Assembly (NCBI GenBank): GCA_963833125.1
Contig: CAWHWX010000015.1
Coordinates: 1-47,861, forward strand
Reading direction: 5' to 3'
Source of the DNA: Candidatus Bathyarchaeota archaeon
GTDB taxonomy: Archaea; Thermoproteota; Bathyarchaeia; 40CM-2-53-6
Length of the DNA stretch: 47,861 bases
Shown here: one piece after another, positions 1 to 9,802 of the stretch
Position numbering within the stretch: position 1 is the stretch's first letter
Layout of the letters: every line of letters starts with the position of its first letter
Translations under genes and position numbers: made by a program
Notes under the pieces: generated by a model
The model's database searches: none
What the model was told of the DNA's origin: nothing
Seen by the model: only the letters and a program-made list of their open reading frames with translations

Positions 1-281
1 CCTAAGCCCAAGGTGAATCGTCCTCCGCTGAATTCGTTAAGGGTCGCAGCCAATAATGCGAGTTGGCTGGGAGTTCTAGTGAAGACGTTAAGGATCGACG
101 TACCGAGCTGAATCGTCTTAGTTGAACTTGCGGCGAACGCTGCTAGTATGGACGCGTCGCGTAGGGTGGTTTCACCGAACCAGAGGCCATCGAACCCGCG
201 CTGTTCTGCTTGTTGACTGATCTCAGGAATGCGTTGGGATGAAAGTTCGCCGTTTCCGCTCAATATTAGGCTAGTCGACAT
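1..281 (-). CDS. LLM-class (luciferase-like) flavin/F420-dependent oxidoreductase, 5' part (runs off window)
   Basis: Manual translation from ATG at 281: MSTSLILSGNGELSSQRIPEISQQAEQRGFDGLWFGETTLRDASILAAFAASSTKTIQLGTSILNVFTRTPSQLALLAATLNEFSGGRFTLGLG. Typical LLM motifs (AE..GFD.LW.GE, LGT.I, SGGRF.LGLG). Confidence 0.85.
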   Translation of the reverse strand, partial: MSTSLILSGNGELSSQRIPEISQQAEQRGFDGLWFGETTLRDASILAAFAASSTKTIQLGTSILNVFTRTPSQLALLAATLNEFSGGRFTLGL

Positions 282-448
282 TGCAACCGCGACGCTCCAC
301 TAGTGCGAATAAAAGGCTAACGAACATTCGTATAGAAAGAACACATCATCCAAGCCAAACTCTTATGTCGCAACAAACCGACTACAACGAGAAGGTACAA
401 AGAGGTCGCTTACAGCGCGGGAACAACACATTCAGTGTTGAATTCAGT

Positions 449-2065
449 TTGTATGAGATTGAGATCAGCGACCTATCATTTACATACGAAAATCGAAATG
501 ACGCCGCTTTAGACAAAATTAATCTTCAGATAGAAAACAAGGATTTCCTACTTCTTGCCGGAGCGAGTGGGTCAGGCAAGTCTACACTCATAAAATGCAT
601 CAACGGTCTCATACCGCACAGGTATGTGGGGGAATATTCAGGAGAAGTTAAGGTCAGAGGCCAGCCAGTACCTGACTCTCGCTTCCTTCAGCTGTCCCTC
701 ACCGTCGGGACTGTGTTGCAAGAGGCAGACAAGCAACTCGTCTCCTCGATCGTAGAGGATGATGTAGCATTCGGCCCCGGCAACCTCGCTTTGCCTCGGC
801 TCGAGATTGATAGACGAGTCAAACAGGGCCTAGCTGCAATGGATATTCTGGCGCTGCGGGAAAGATCCATTTTCGGGATTTCTGGCGGGCAGAGACAGAG
901 GGTCGCTATCTCTGACGTCCTCGCGATGGAACCGGACATCCTACTCTTCGACGAACCCCTTGCCAACCTCGATTCAAATGGGGTCCGCCTGATGCAGAGC
1001 ATTTTCCGAACTCTTCACGAATCAGGCAAGACTGTGATCGTTAGCGAGCACAGAACCGAGGAGGTTCTCCGAGCTGACCCGACTAGAGTGGCTGTGATTG
1101 ATAAGGGGCGGCTAATTGCTGAAAGCGAGGATCCTAAAGTCCTACGCAAGTTCCGAGATGTTCTGAAAGTCCCTGCGGAATATTTCCTGGGAAACGACCT
1201 GGAAACGGCCGTTACCTCAATCAATGTCCCATTCGCCTCATACGTCCCATCGAGTGAAGAACTCATCCGAGCCGAGGACGTTAGCTTCGAGTATTCTGGC
1301 GGCATCAAAGCGCTTCAACACATCAACTTCACAATACACGCTGGAGAAAGAATCGCCCTCCTCGGAAATAATGGAGCAGGAAAATCAACACTAGCCCTCA
1401 GCCTTGTAGGCCTTCTGAAACCAACAGCGGGACACGTAATCGTACATGGGAAAGACACCAAAGACCTATCCACTTCAGAAATTGCGCGTACGCTCTGCCT
1501 AGTGTTTCAGAGCCCATTTTCCATGCTCTTCGCCAAGACCGTGCGGGACGAACTGAGCTTCGGCCCGAAGAACTTAGGATTTGGAACTGAACAGATTTCA
1601 AAGATTGTGCCCGAGACGGCGAGTCGATGCTCAATCGGGCATCTGCTCGACAAATCTCCGTTCGCATCTAGTTTCGGGGAGAAAAAACGAATTTGCGTCG
1701 CTTCTGTGCTGACGATGCAACCCGAATGCATCATCTTAGATGAACCGACCGCCGGACAGGATTATCGGAGCTACTCGAACTTCATGAACTTCATCTGTTC
1801 ACTGAGAGAACACGTGAAATCATTCATCGTAATCACACATGACCCAGACCTTGCAATTGAGTATACGGATAGGGCAATCGTTCTCAATGATGGGAAAATA
1901 ATAGCGGACGGACCCACACACAAGGTTTTGGCGGATCACACTATCCTCAAAGAAGGAGCGATCCGCGAAACATCCCTAATCGAACTCTCCCTAAAGGCAA
2001 CTCAAGGGAAAGAAGTGTTAAGCCTAGAAGAACTGGAAAGAGTTAGCCGTATTGCCAGCTCTTAA
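449..2065 (+). CDS. ECF transporter ATPase, duplicated ABC domains (EcfA-EcfA' fusion)
   Basis: Two Walker A motifs (GASGSGKST, GNNGAGKST), signatures ISGGQRQR and SSFGEKKR, Walker B LLFDEP and IILDEP. Start moved to TTG 449 because the upstream part of the ORF has no ABC similarity. Confidence 0.9.
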   Translation: MYEIEISDLSFTYENRNDAALDKINLQIENKDFLLLAGASGSGKSTLIKCINGLIPHRYVGEYSGEVKVRGQPVPDSRFLQLSLTVGTVLQEADKQLVSSIVEDDVAFGPGNLALPRLEIDRRVKQGLAAMDILALRERSIFGISGGQRQRVAISDVLAMEPDILLFDEPLANLDSNGVRLMQSIFRTLHESGKTVIVSEHRTEEVLRADPTRVAVIDKGRLIAESEDPKVLRKFRDVLKVPAEYFLGNDLETAVTSINVPFASYVPSSEELIRAEDVSFEYSGGIKALQHINFTIHAGERIALLGNNGAGKSTLALSLVGLLKPTAGHVIVHGKDTKDLSTSEIARTLCLVFQSPFSMLFAKTVRDELSFGPKNLGFGTEQISKIVPETASRCSIGHLLDKSPFASSFGEKKRICVASVLTMQPECIILDEPTAGQDYRSYSNFMNFICSLREHVKSFIVITHDPDLAIEYTDRAIVLNDGKIIADGPTHKVLADHTILKEGAIRETSLIELSLKATQGKEVLSLEELERVSRIASS

Positions 2066-2093
2066 ATACTAAGAACCCGCCAACCAGCAAGCA

Positions 2094-2675
2094 GTGAAAA
2101 GTATGAGCAAAAAGGGAATGAAGGAATCCTTCTTCTCAGCAAAACAAATCGTTGCAATGGCAGTCGGAACCGCACTCTACGCAGCTCTCACAATTCCGTT
2201 CAACGTCTTCCAAATACCCGGCGCCGGCGGCCTAATCGCCATTAGACCGACGGTAGCAATTCCGATGCTATTCGGAATCGTTTTCGGACCAATTACAGGA
2301 TTCGTTACGGGGCTACTCGGCAACATAATTTCTGACGGCGTGTCGTTTGGTGGATTCTTCTGGAACTGGGACATCGGTAACGGACTAATTGGCGCAATTC
2401 CAGGAATCGCCTACTTTGTGATCAAGAGAACAGACTGGACCAAAGCGAAGACTCTAGCGATAGCCGCCGGTCTAGCGATAGTCGCTTCAATTGTCGGTAT
2501 TGGATTCGCAGCGATGACAGATTTAGCATTCCAAATCGGCCTCAGCACAATGGACGCAGCATTAGCCGAATTCTATTCGGCAGCAGGAACGGACGCAATT
2601 AACGGTGCTATACTCACGCCGATACTGTTGTATGCATATGCGACTGCAACAGCCGGACGAGCGCGGCGAGTCTAA
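2094..2675 (+). CDS. ECF transporter substrate-binding S component (UPF0397-like)
   Basis: About 190 aa, multi-TM, AxxxA-type first helix (AVGTALYAAL), FGPxxGFxxGxxGN and WNWDIGNG motifs. Lies between the ECF ATPase and the T component. Confidence 0.8.
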   Translation: MKSMSKKGMKESFFSAKQIVAMAVGTALYAALTIPFNVFQIPGAGGLIAIRPTVAIPMLFGIVFGPITGFVTGLLGNIISDGVSFGGFFWNWDIGNGLIGAIPGIAYFVIKRTDWTKAKTLAIAAGLAIVASIVGIGFAAMTDLAFQIGLSTMDAALAEFYSAAGTDAINGAILTPILLYAYATATAGRARRV

Positions 2676-2686
2676 CAAGAGCTTCA

Positions 2687-3497
2687 ATGATTCAAATCAA
2701 ATACTTTCCCGGGAACACCCTACTCCATAGGTTGGACCCGAGAACAAAATTCCTACTCGTTGTTTTATTCATCTTCATCGAAGTATCGTTCCTAGACATC
2801 AGACTACTTCTATTCCCAATCGTAGCTTCACTCCTACTCTACCTCTCCGCAAGGATACCGTTCAAAGAGGTAAAGGGGACATGGAAATTTCTCCTCACAA
2901 TCATAGTCTTCATCTCCTCGGTGAACGCGTTCTTCACCTTTCTCGGGACAAACGTCCCGAACCCCCATATCATCGCCGCAGTTCTGGGTTTTCAAAGTCA
3001 CGACAGAAGGAATATTCTTGGCGGCGGGATCGATGATGAGATTCCTCTCCTTAGCTGTAGTTTCAATGTGTGTGGTCAACACCACCGACCCAGGTCTCTA
3101 CGCCCCAGCCCTCGCGAAACTCAAAGTACCGTACAAGGGGGCTTTTGTGGTCGACCTCGCGATGCGGTACCTTCCCGTGTACGTTGAGGAGTTGGAGACA
3201 ACAATGAACGCACAAATGGCTAGAGGATACAAGGTGAAGGTTAGAGGCGGCCTCTTCGCACGCATACTCAACACCGTACCTCTGATCGTGCCAGTTGCGA
3301 TGAATGCGATGTTGAGCATTTATGACGTGGCTGACGCGATGGAACTGCGCGCGTTCGGGGCAGAGAAGACTAGAACCTGGTATAGGACAGTGGATTTCAA
3401 AAGAAGGGACTACGCCTCCATAGTTCTTCTATTCTGTATGCTCGCTGTCGCGATATTTCTGAGGACCAAATTCACAACATACTGGATTCCAACTTAG
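2687..3497 (+). CDS. ecfT: ECF transporter transmembrane T component (frameshifted)
   Basis: LHRLDPRTK N-terminus. AQMARG and AMELRAF motifs lie in a second frame (3018..3497). One indel near 2990-3020. Confidence 0.85.
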
Positions 3498-3568
3498 AAG
3501 GAAGATCGCCTAACCAAACTTTGGCGATCGATACCGAACCACCATAGTCAGGTGTGACTGACGGCGTA

Positions 3569-4559
3569 TCAGCGGTTCAGAAGCCGCATAGTTGCTTCGG
3601 GATAACGTTCACCGGCAAATATTCCTCGAGGCAAGGCTTCGTTTATGCGACGGACATCATTTGATGTCAGCTTCACTTCTAGCGCACCAACGTTTTCTTC
3701 AAGGTACTTTCTCCGTTTGGTGCCGACGATTGGGACGATATGTTCTCCTTGAGCCAAAACCCATGCTAAAGCAAGCTGCGCGGGCGTGCATCCCTTTCTC
3801 TTCAGCAATCGCTTCGAAAGACCGAAGAGCGTCAAGATTTCTCTGGAGATTCTCGGCTTGAAAACGTGGCGCCGCTTGCCGCCAGTCGCCTTGATGCAGT
3901 TCGGTTAGACTTTTGATTCGGCCCGTCAGGAAACCACGGCCGAGGGGGCTGTAGGCGACGAAACCAATTCCCAGCTCTTTACAGGTGGCAAGCAGCTCGT
4001 CTTCAGGGTCTCGACTCCAAAGTGAGTATTCGGTCTGCAAAGCCGAAATTGGATGTACTGCGTTCGCACGGCGGAGGGTTTGTGGTGAAGCCTCTGAAAG
4101 GCCCAGGTATCTCACCTTACCCTCCTTAACAAGTTGGGCCATCGCCCCAACGGTCTCCTCGATTGGAGTATTCGGATCAACTCGATGTTGATAGTAGAGA
4201 TCGATCGTGTCTACGCCAAGGCGGCGAAGACTTGCTTCGCAACAGGAACGAACATACTCGGGTTTCCCATTTACACCTCGAAGTTTGGGATTCGCGTCGT
4301 TCCTAACGATTCCGAATTTGGTGGCCACGATAACTTCATCGCGCCTGTCACGAATTGCGCGGCCGACGAGCTCTTCATTGATAAACGGTCCGTAAATATC
4401 GGCGGTATCAAGAAAATTCACTCCCAGGTCGAGGGCTCGATGAATAGTGGCGAGAGATTCCTCGTCATCACGTTTCCCATAGAATTCAGACATGCCCATA
4501 CAACCCAAACCAATCGCCGAAACCTTCAGCCCCGTCTTGCCTAACTGTCGCATCATCAT
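3569..4559 (-). CDS. Aldo/keto reductase (frameshifted near C-terminus)
   Basis: [33 protein letters not shown]. The tail continues in ORF 3569..3835 ([16 protein letters not shown]). Confidence 0.92.
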
Positions 4560-4700
4560 ATTCCTACAACACCCTACTGCAATAGTCCATGGCGATCATC
4601 CTTTTGTCTTCTTGCCCACAGCAGGCTTGAGGAAGCGTTTTTATGAGTCGGGCTTCTCTCATCGGTACGTAATCCATACGTAATAAAGGGTGATGGGTAA

Positions 4701-5082
4701 ATGGCCACTGTAATGCAACCTCAGCTAGAGTTCACAGCGAAGGCGCTGGAGAGGGCCAAGTCTCTCCTGCAAAAGACCGAGAATTCTGGGAAGAGCGCTA
4801 CGAGTTTTCGTTTTCGGCGGTGGATGCGCAGGCCTCAATTACGGTATGGCGATGGGCTTCGTCAAGTCCGACGATTACGTGCTTGAAAGCGACGGGTGCA
4901 AGATCGTTGTTGATCCGAAGAGTATGGAGCTCTTGAAGGGCATGAATGTGGATTACTACGAGAGCATCCAATCGTCAGGCTTCAAGTTCAACAACCCGAA
5001 CGCTGTAGCAAGCTGCGGCTGCGGCCTATCCTTCAAGACAGCTCAGAAGACCGAGATGGCGCAGACCAAACCCTGCCACTAA
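4701..5082 (+). CDS. A-type Fe-S cluster carrier, HesB/IscA family (frameshifted)
   Basis: GGCAG motif read in the second frame, and FKFNNPNAVASCGCG.SF. Split between ORFs 4701..4886 and 4846..5082. Confidence 0.88.
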
Positions 5083-5104
5083 AAGGAACGAGTCTACATT
5101 TTCT

Positions 5105-5326
5105 CTACGTTGCTGGCAGTCTCTTGATTGCGAGCTGAATGTCCTGAGCTTTCACGGTTTTCCTGCCCGCATGTCGAGCTAGCCCTGTGGCTTCCTTTCC
5201 GACCTTAACCGCGAACTCTTCCAGTATTTTTCCAAGTTCTTCGACGGCATCGTCGCCGACCCTGTCGGCTCCTGCCATCTCGATCAGTCGTCGGACCGCG
5301 GCTGTAGAAAGCTCATCAGGGGGCAA
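5105..5326 (-). CDS. Archaeal histone (HMf/HMt family)
   Basis: ELS.AAVRRLI..AGA.RV..DA...L...LEE ... A.HAGRKTVKA.DI.LA histone-fold signature. Confidence 0.93.
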   Translation of the reverse strand: MPPDELSTAAVRRLIEMAGADRVGDDAVEELGKILEEFAVKVGKEATGLARHAGRKTVKAQDIQLAIKRLPAT

Positions 5327-5540
5327 GAAAAAGCACCGATTTCTAATCGCGTGCGCTTTGCAGCTATTAAAATTTCCCCAGTCAGCTGAACTGGGCTCGA
5401 TAGAGAGATGTTTTGATTTGTTTAGCTTACATTGGGCGAAGCGAACAGTTTTGTTGCAAAAAACTGCTCGCCCACCTGCTGCAGCAGGCTAGAATGAGCT
5501 ATTACTCACCATAAGGAGGCTGATTTCGCAGGTTCATAGC

Positions 5541-6315
5541 TTGAGTTTTGTCGACGCGCACATCCACCTAGCCGACCCTGGCTATGCTGGGGAAGCTCGA
5601 GGGAGTATTAGAAAACGCAAACAAGCATAACGTTAGCTGCATGCTCTCTAACGCCACAGACTACGAGACATCCCTAGCAACCATAAGCCTCGCTAAGCAG
5701 CACCAAAGCAAGGTTCTTGCGGCTATAGGCGTGCACCCATCTATAGCCACCAAAACTGATTCGTTTCACCTTGACAAGTTCGCCGCTCTCCTCGATGAGA
5801 ATCGAGACTGGGTGACGGCTATCGGTGAGATAGGGCTCGACGGAAAGTACACCCAAGACGAACGGATCAAGAACCGGCAACAAGAGATCTTCCGATTCTT
5901 CCTAAGCATAGCAGAAGAACGAAAACTCCCTGCAGTCGTGCATTCAAGGCAAGCCGTCTCAGAGACACTTGCCACGTTAGCCGACTTCAAAGTCCTGAAG
6001 ATTCTATTCCATTGGTACGACGGGCCTATCGAAAACCTTCATCTCTTCAAGGAACGAGGCTATTGGATTTCCATCGGCCCAGCCGTATTGTACTCTCGCC
6101 GAATCAGCGAAATCGCACGCGCGGCAGACCTCAGCATATTGTTGACCGAGACTGATGGACCGGTGCGCTACCGTGGACTCTTCGGGGACGAGCTTACGCA
6201 ACCATCATTCGTCGTAGCGGTGGTTGAGAAAATAGCTGAGCTCAAAGGATTGAATCCTGAGTTGGTGCGAAATCAAATCCTTGCGAACTTTCAGAAGTTT
6301 ACATTGGCAAAATAA
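5541..6315 (+). CDS. tatD: TatD family metal-dependent nuclease (indel near 5' end)
   Basis: Upstream frame gives MSFVDAHIHL. Main ORF has GVHP, IGEIGLD, HSR, HW and ETDGP motifs. Confidence 0.9.
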
Positions 6316-6394
6316 TCTACTGATTGCTGACTGCAGAACCTTTATCCGACATTCGAAGCGCGATTGTATCTTGAGACCGGTTATCTTGCGCCAG

Positions 6395-7210
6395 ATGAAG
6401 AATGAGGAATCACATCATTATTCACGGGCCTTACGCGAGAACGATCATCATCTTCATCGAACTGTTGCTCTGACGTCAGTTGCAGGACTTATTTTCATTA
6501 TTGTCATGGCGGCGGTTGCAGCTAACTACATTTTCTTGAGCACACGACCGTCTGCACTTGCTTGCGATACTCTGCTCTCAAGTCAAATTGGCGCTCCTGC
6601 GGGGGAGCTTTGCCTTCGGCCGTTGAACATCTCGGTTTCAAACTCGAATTTTGTTCTCTTGGGCGGAGGTAGAGCGGGGATGGTGAACTATGTGCCAGAA
6701 TTTTATGTTCCTGTGTTAGTCATGAAACCGGGTGGATTTGGGACGATTGATATTCTGTACGACTTATCGGCGAGTAGCATAGGCCACGTAGGCCCGCTCC
6801 CAACAGTACCATCGACGCTCGTGCCCTTCGCACTTTCAGTCCCTTCAGCAATCATAAACACGAGCCGGGTTGGATTTTCTGATGGTGTGCCTATCTTTCA
6901 AAACAGCGCTTGGGTCATATACCGGTACACGGTGAATGCATCGGCTGATTCCACAGGCTACTACGCTATCATGCCACCGTATTTCTTCGGAATATATCCT
7001 GCCCTCGACATTGGAGCTGACGCGAATAATCTTAACATGTCTACCCTCAGCATCTGGGGTTACACGGGAGTAATCATGTCTGCTGAGGATTCAGTGCCTT
7101 CTACTATTGTTGGCACGAGCGGGTTTGCAGTTGTGAATGCAACCATTCCCGGACTACCCGATTGCCCCAACCCTGCTTGTAGCCTGATATCCCGCAGCGA
7201 TGGATACTAA
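6395..7210 (+). CDS. Hypothetical membrane-anchored/secreted protein
   Basis: Long ORF with one N-terminal hydrophobic helix (VALTSVAGLIFIIVMAAVAANYIFL), a beta-rich N-x-S/T-rich body, and Cys pairs (CDT...LC, CPNPAC). No family recognised. Confidence 0.55.
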   Translation: MKNEESHHYSRALRENDHHLHRTVALTSVAGLIFIIVMAAVAANYIFLSTRPSALACDTLLSSQIGAPAGELCLRPLNISVSNSNFVLLGGGRAGMVNYVPEFYVPVLVMKPGGFGTIDILYDLSASSIGHVGPLPTVPSTLVPFALSVPSAIINTSRVGFSDGVPIFQNSAWVIYRYTVNASADSTGYYAIMPPYFFGIYPALDIGADANNLNMSTLSIWGYTGVIMSAEDSVPSTIVGTSGFAVVNATIPGLPDCPNPACSLISRSDGY

Positions 7211-7257
7211 CCGATTTAGCTAGAAACTGCTGCAGCTTGACACGATAGTTACAATAG

Positions 7258-7394
7258 CTGAAACGGCTCATGCCTCCATAACCGAAGAAATGGAGAAAGC
7301 ATTAGAGAAGGAACGCAAGAAACGTATGTTCGGAACAACCCCAGAAACCGCTAGGGTCGTTCTGGGTGAATACCTAGCCCGTTCAGAAAATTGA
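7258..7394 (+). CDS. Small ribbon-helix-helix (CopG/Arc-like) protein, probably with a 1-nt indel at the 5' end
   Basis: (LKRLM)-SITEEMEKALEKERKKRMFGTTPETARVVLGEYLARSEN*. Clear paralog of 8172..8315. Not in the ORF track. Confidence 0.6.
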
Positions 7395-7407
7395 GGTTTA
7401 GTCAATA

Positions 7408-7761
7408 ATGATATCGGAAGTTGAAGGTTACTGGTTTGAGATTAAGACGATCAGTCAGAACCATGTAGGGGTGTCCGTTTCCGTCGAGAATCCGCAAAGA
7501 CCGCGCGGAGGTTCGGATACCTCTGATCGATTTATTCTCTTGAGTGCGTGGTTAACCGAGCAATTCATTCCGTTTATCGCTACACGAGGCTATTCGGTTC
7601 CTCCACCGGAGAAGAAATTCGGTCAAGAGAAAATCCTAGCTGAGGGTGCAAGACGTTCTGCGGAGGCAATTAGGTTCGAGATAGTTAAAGTCGGCCTCAC
7701 AGAAGACGAAGTTCAGCAACTAATTCGAGCGAAACCACCAGCAACCAACCCTCTTAGATGA
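7408..7761 (+). CDS. Hypothetical protein
   Basis: 117-aa ATG-started ORF 13 nt after the RHH gene. No family recognised. Confidence 0.45.
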   Translation: MISEVEGYWFEIKTISQNHVGVSVSVENPQRPRGGSDTSDRFILLSAWLTEQFIPFIATRGYSVPPPEKKFGQEKILAEGARRSAEAIRFEIVKVGLTEDEVQQLIRAKPPATNPLR

Positions 7762-7814
7762 ACCGCCACTTAACACCTTCAAAACACCCAACCATTTCTT
7801 GGCTGTTAGCCACC

Positions 7815-7878
7815 AACTTGACAGAACCTTAATTCTGGTCTTGTCAAGTTACGGTGACATTCTTGGTGCTGTCAAGTT
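7815..7878. repeat. Three copies of 9-mer AACTTGACA/TGTCAAGTT (one inverted, two direct), spaced 27-28 bp
   Basis: AACTTGACA 7815-7823, TGTCAAGTT 7842-7850 and 7870-7878. The direct copies extend to ATTCT(T)GGT..TGTCAAGTT. Confidence 0.75.
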
Positions 7879-7889
7879 TCGAGGCAGGA

Positions 7890-8033
7890 TTAGGGCTTCT
7901 TTTTGAACCAGTCGTTGATGGCTTCTTCTATGGCCGCGCTAAGATCACCTTTCTTGCCACCAAGCCTCTTCACAACCTCAATTCGCAGTCGTCGCTCAAC
8001 CTCATCGGAGAGTACAATGTACAGTTTACCCAA
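7890..8033 (-). CDS. Small ribbon-helix-helix protein (47 aa)
   Basis: TTG start: MGKLYIVLSDEVERRLRIEVVKRLGGKKGDLSAAIEEAINDWFKKKP*. Beta strand, then LSDE helix, then S.AIEEAI..W helix, the typical archaeal RHH pattern. Not in the ORF track. Confidence 0.75.
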   Translation of the reverse strand: MGKLYIVLSDEVERRLRIEVVKRLGGKKGDLSAAIEEAINDWFKKKP

Positions 8034-8171
8034 GCGCGTAACACCTCTTAGAACTAAGTGCAGCCTTCTGTACGGATGAATATATGTGTATGTATCTAGT
8101 TTTCGGCGTGGAGTTTTCTTGTTCTTGCTGGCATTCTTCGAATTCAGCCTAATGGCATAGGCGATTTGACT

Positions 8172-8315
8172 ATGGCAATGAAGAAAATGATGCTCTCAGT
8201 ATCGGATGATATGTTGAAAGCATTAGAAGCGGAACGGAAAGCAAGAAAACAAGAAACCGTACCAGAAGCCGTAAGAGCAGTACTAGGAGAATACTTCAAG
8301 TCGAAGGAAGGGTAG
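8172..8315 (+). CDS. Small ribbon-helix-helix protein (47 aa)
   Basis: MAMKKMMLSVSDDMLKALEAERKARKQETVPEAVRAVLGEYFKSKEG*. RHH pattern. Not in the ORF track. Confidence 0.75.
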   Translation: MAMKKMMLSVSDDMLKALEAERKARKQETVPEAVRAVLGEYFKSKEG

Positions 8316-9103
8316 CTGTCAACGGTTAGGCGCGTCAAACCTATCGCATTCATTCTTTTCGTGCTCTCTACCATAGCCGCTCTTGCGTTCCTTGGTGCGG
8401 GAGCGATCACGAATCCGAACCTTGAATCTGCTTTCACTTCCCAGCCAACGCCCATAACGGAATATGGTTCCACCGGCTTTTTTCTACCATTAATTGTCCA
8501 CCCAGGAAACCCCGACCAAGTTAGCATCTTTTGCAACGCAACCGGAAATGCCCCTCTCTCCACGAATAGTCCAACTTGATAAGCGTAAGAGTCATGATTC
8601 TGGAAAATACGAACCAATACCAAATTCTGCAAGTGCTTCTAAGTCCCGATAATGCGTTTGAAGTATCTTCTGAGCACACGACCAGTTCAACACCAATCGC
8701 AAGCACAATTGTCACTTCTCCTTCTAACATTTCCATGAACTTTGAGGGAGTCCCAACGGTAGTTGGGCAGAACTGGGTAGGCAAGTCTTTCGTAGAGTTT
8801 GCGACTTCAGGTATCTTTGGCGCAACACTCGTCATATACATGCTCCCTTCTTTGGAGTTTCGCAATCAAGCATCGGAAGCATCATTTCAAGCGTGGCAAT
8901 ATTTCCACAATGACATTGTGACAATTCAAATTGCATCAAGTGAAGTTGCGCAGACGCAAGTCCTTGAGAACGAGAATCTGAGTTTGACATTTTTCATCCT
9001 ATTCTTTGCATCTTTCGATGTTGCGATGACGCTCTACGACCATAGTTATGAACCAATACAGCGCAAATCCGATGAGGCAAACGAACAGAACCTCGTAAAT
9101 TGA
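8316..9103 (+). CDS. Hypothetical membrane protein, split by an indel near 8577
   Basis: N-terminal TM (IAFILFVLSTIAALAFLGAGAI) in ORF 8361..8579 and C-terminal TM (LTFFILFFASFDVAM) in ORF 8576..9103. Start uncertain. Confidence 0.45.
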
Positions 9104-9404
9104 GAGCACTGTCAAGACGAGTAATCTTCGGCTTGAAACATCAAGCGGAAGAAAGACTATCAAAAGAAGCCCAAGGCCAAGGGTTACAATGCTCAATCCA
9201 ATGATGATGAGCGGCAAAAGAGCCAGAAATTCCGAGCTGAAGCCTAGTCGTCTGAACTGTTCTAAATTTGGCTTCCATGCACCCGACGGGGATTTATAGC
9301 ACCCTGAAAAATCGACTCCCGACGGAGACTTTACAGTGTCTGAATTAGCAAAGTTTATGTTGAATGTGACTTGGTTGTCCATTTCCGCATTAGAGCTGTT
9401 CGGT

Positions 9405-9659
9405 TTGGGTAAAGTTCGAATCGACGTTGTAAAACGGACCTCTCGGGAGTTGCTTAGAAGATACCCTGAGCGTTTTACGGGCGAATTCGAATCGGACAAG
9501 CAAGCTGTGAATGAGCTTGTAGTTACACCATCAAAGAGGTTGCGAAATCGGATCGCGGGCTACGTAACTCGCCTGAAGGTTGTTGAGGCGGAACGTGCGG
9601 CTGCCACGGAAGTATCGGAAGTGGAGCCTGAACCGTCCGATCCTGGGATTGACGAGTAA
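9405..9659 (+). CDS. rps17e: 30S ribosomal protein S17e
   Basis: MGKVRI..VKR.S.EL...YP..FT..FE..K ... SKRLRNRIAGYVT signature. TTG start at 9405. Confidence 0.95.
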   Translation: MGKVRIDVVKRTSRELLRRYPERFTGEFESDKQAVNELVVTPSKRLRNRIAGYVTRLKVVEAERAAATEVSEVEPEPSDPGIDE

Positions 9660-9802
9660 AACCTTCACTCAAACCATTTGTCCATTTGCTAACCACCTAG
9701 CATAGACTTTCAACCGCGTTTCGTTGCGGGAAATGCTAAAAGGTCACGTTGTAGACCACGCCTAAATCGAATTCAAGAATTCCCGCTAAGGGTTGAGACT
9801 CA

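Noticed and set aside
281-448. N-terminal 56 aa of the 594-aa ORF
   Set aside because: No ABC similarity, and it occupies the divergent promoter shared with the LLM gene. The real start is probably TTG 449.
282-448. Possible riboswitch upstream of the ECF transporter
   Set aside because: No recognisable TPP, FMN, SAM or cobalamin consensus or strong stems seen by eye. An Infernal/Rfam scan would be needed.
8144-8632. 162-aa minus-strand ORF (also 7854..8051 + and 8999..9499 -)
   Set aside because: These overlap better-supported genes on the opposite strand (RHH genes, rps17e).
6316-9404. Intact integrated virus or plasmid
   Set aside because: No integrase, replication protein, capsid gene, tRNA or att direct repeats found. 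It is reported only as a possible remnant.
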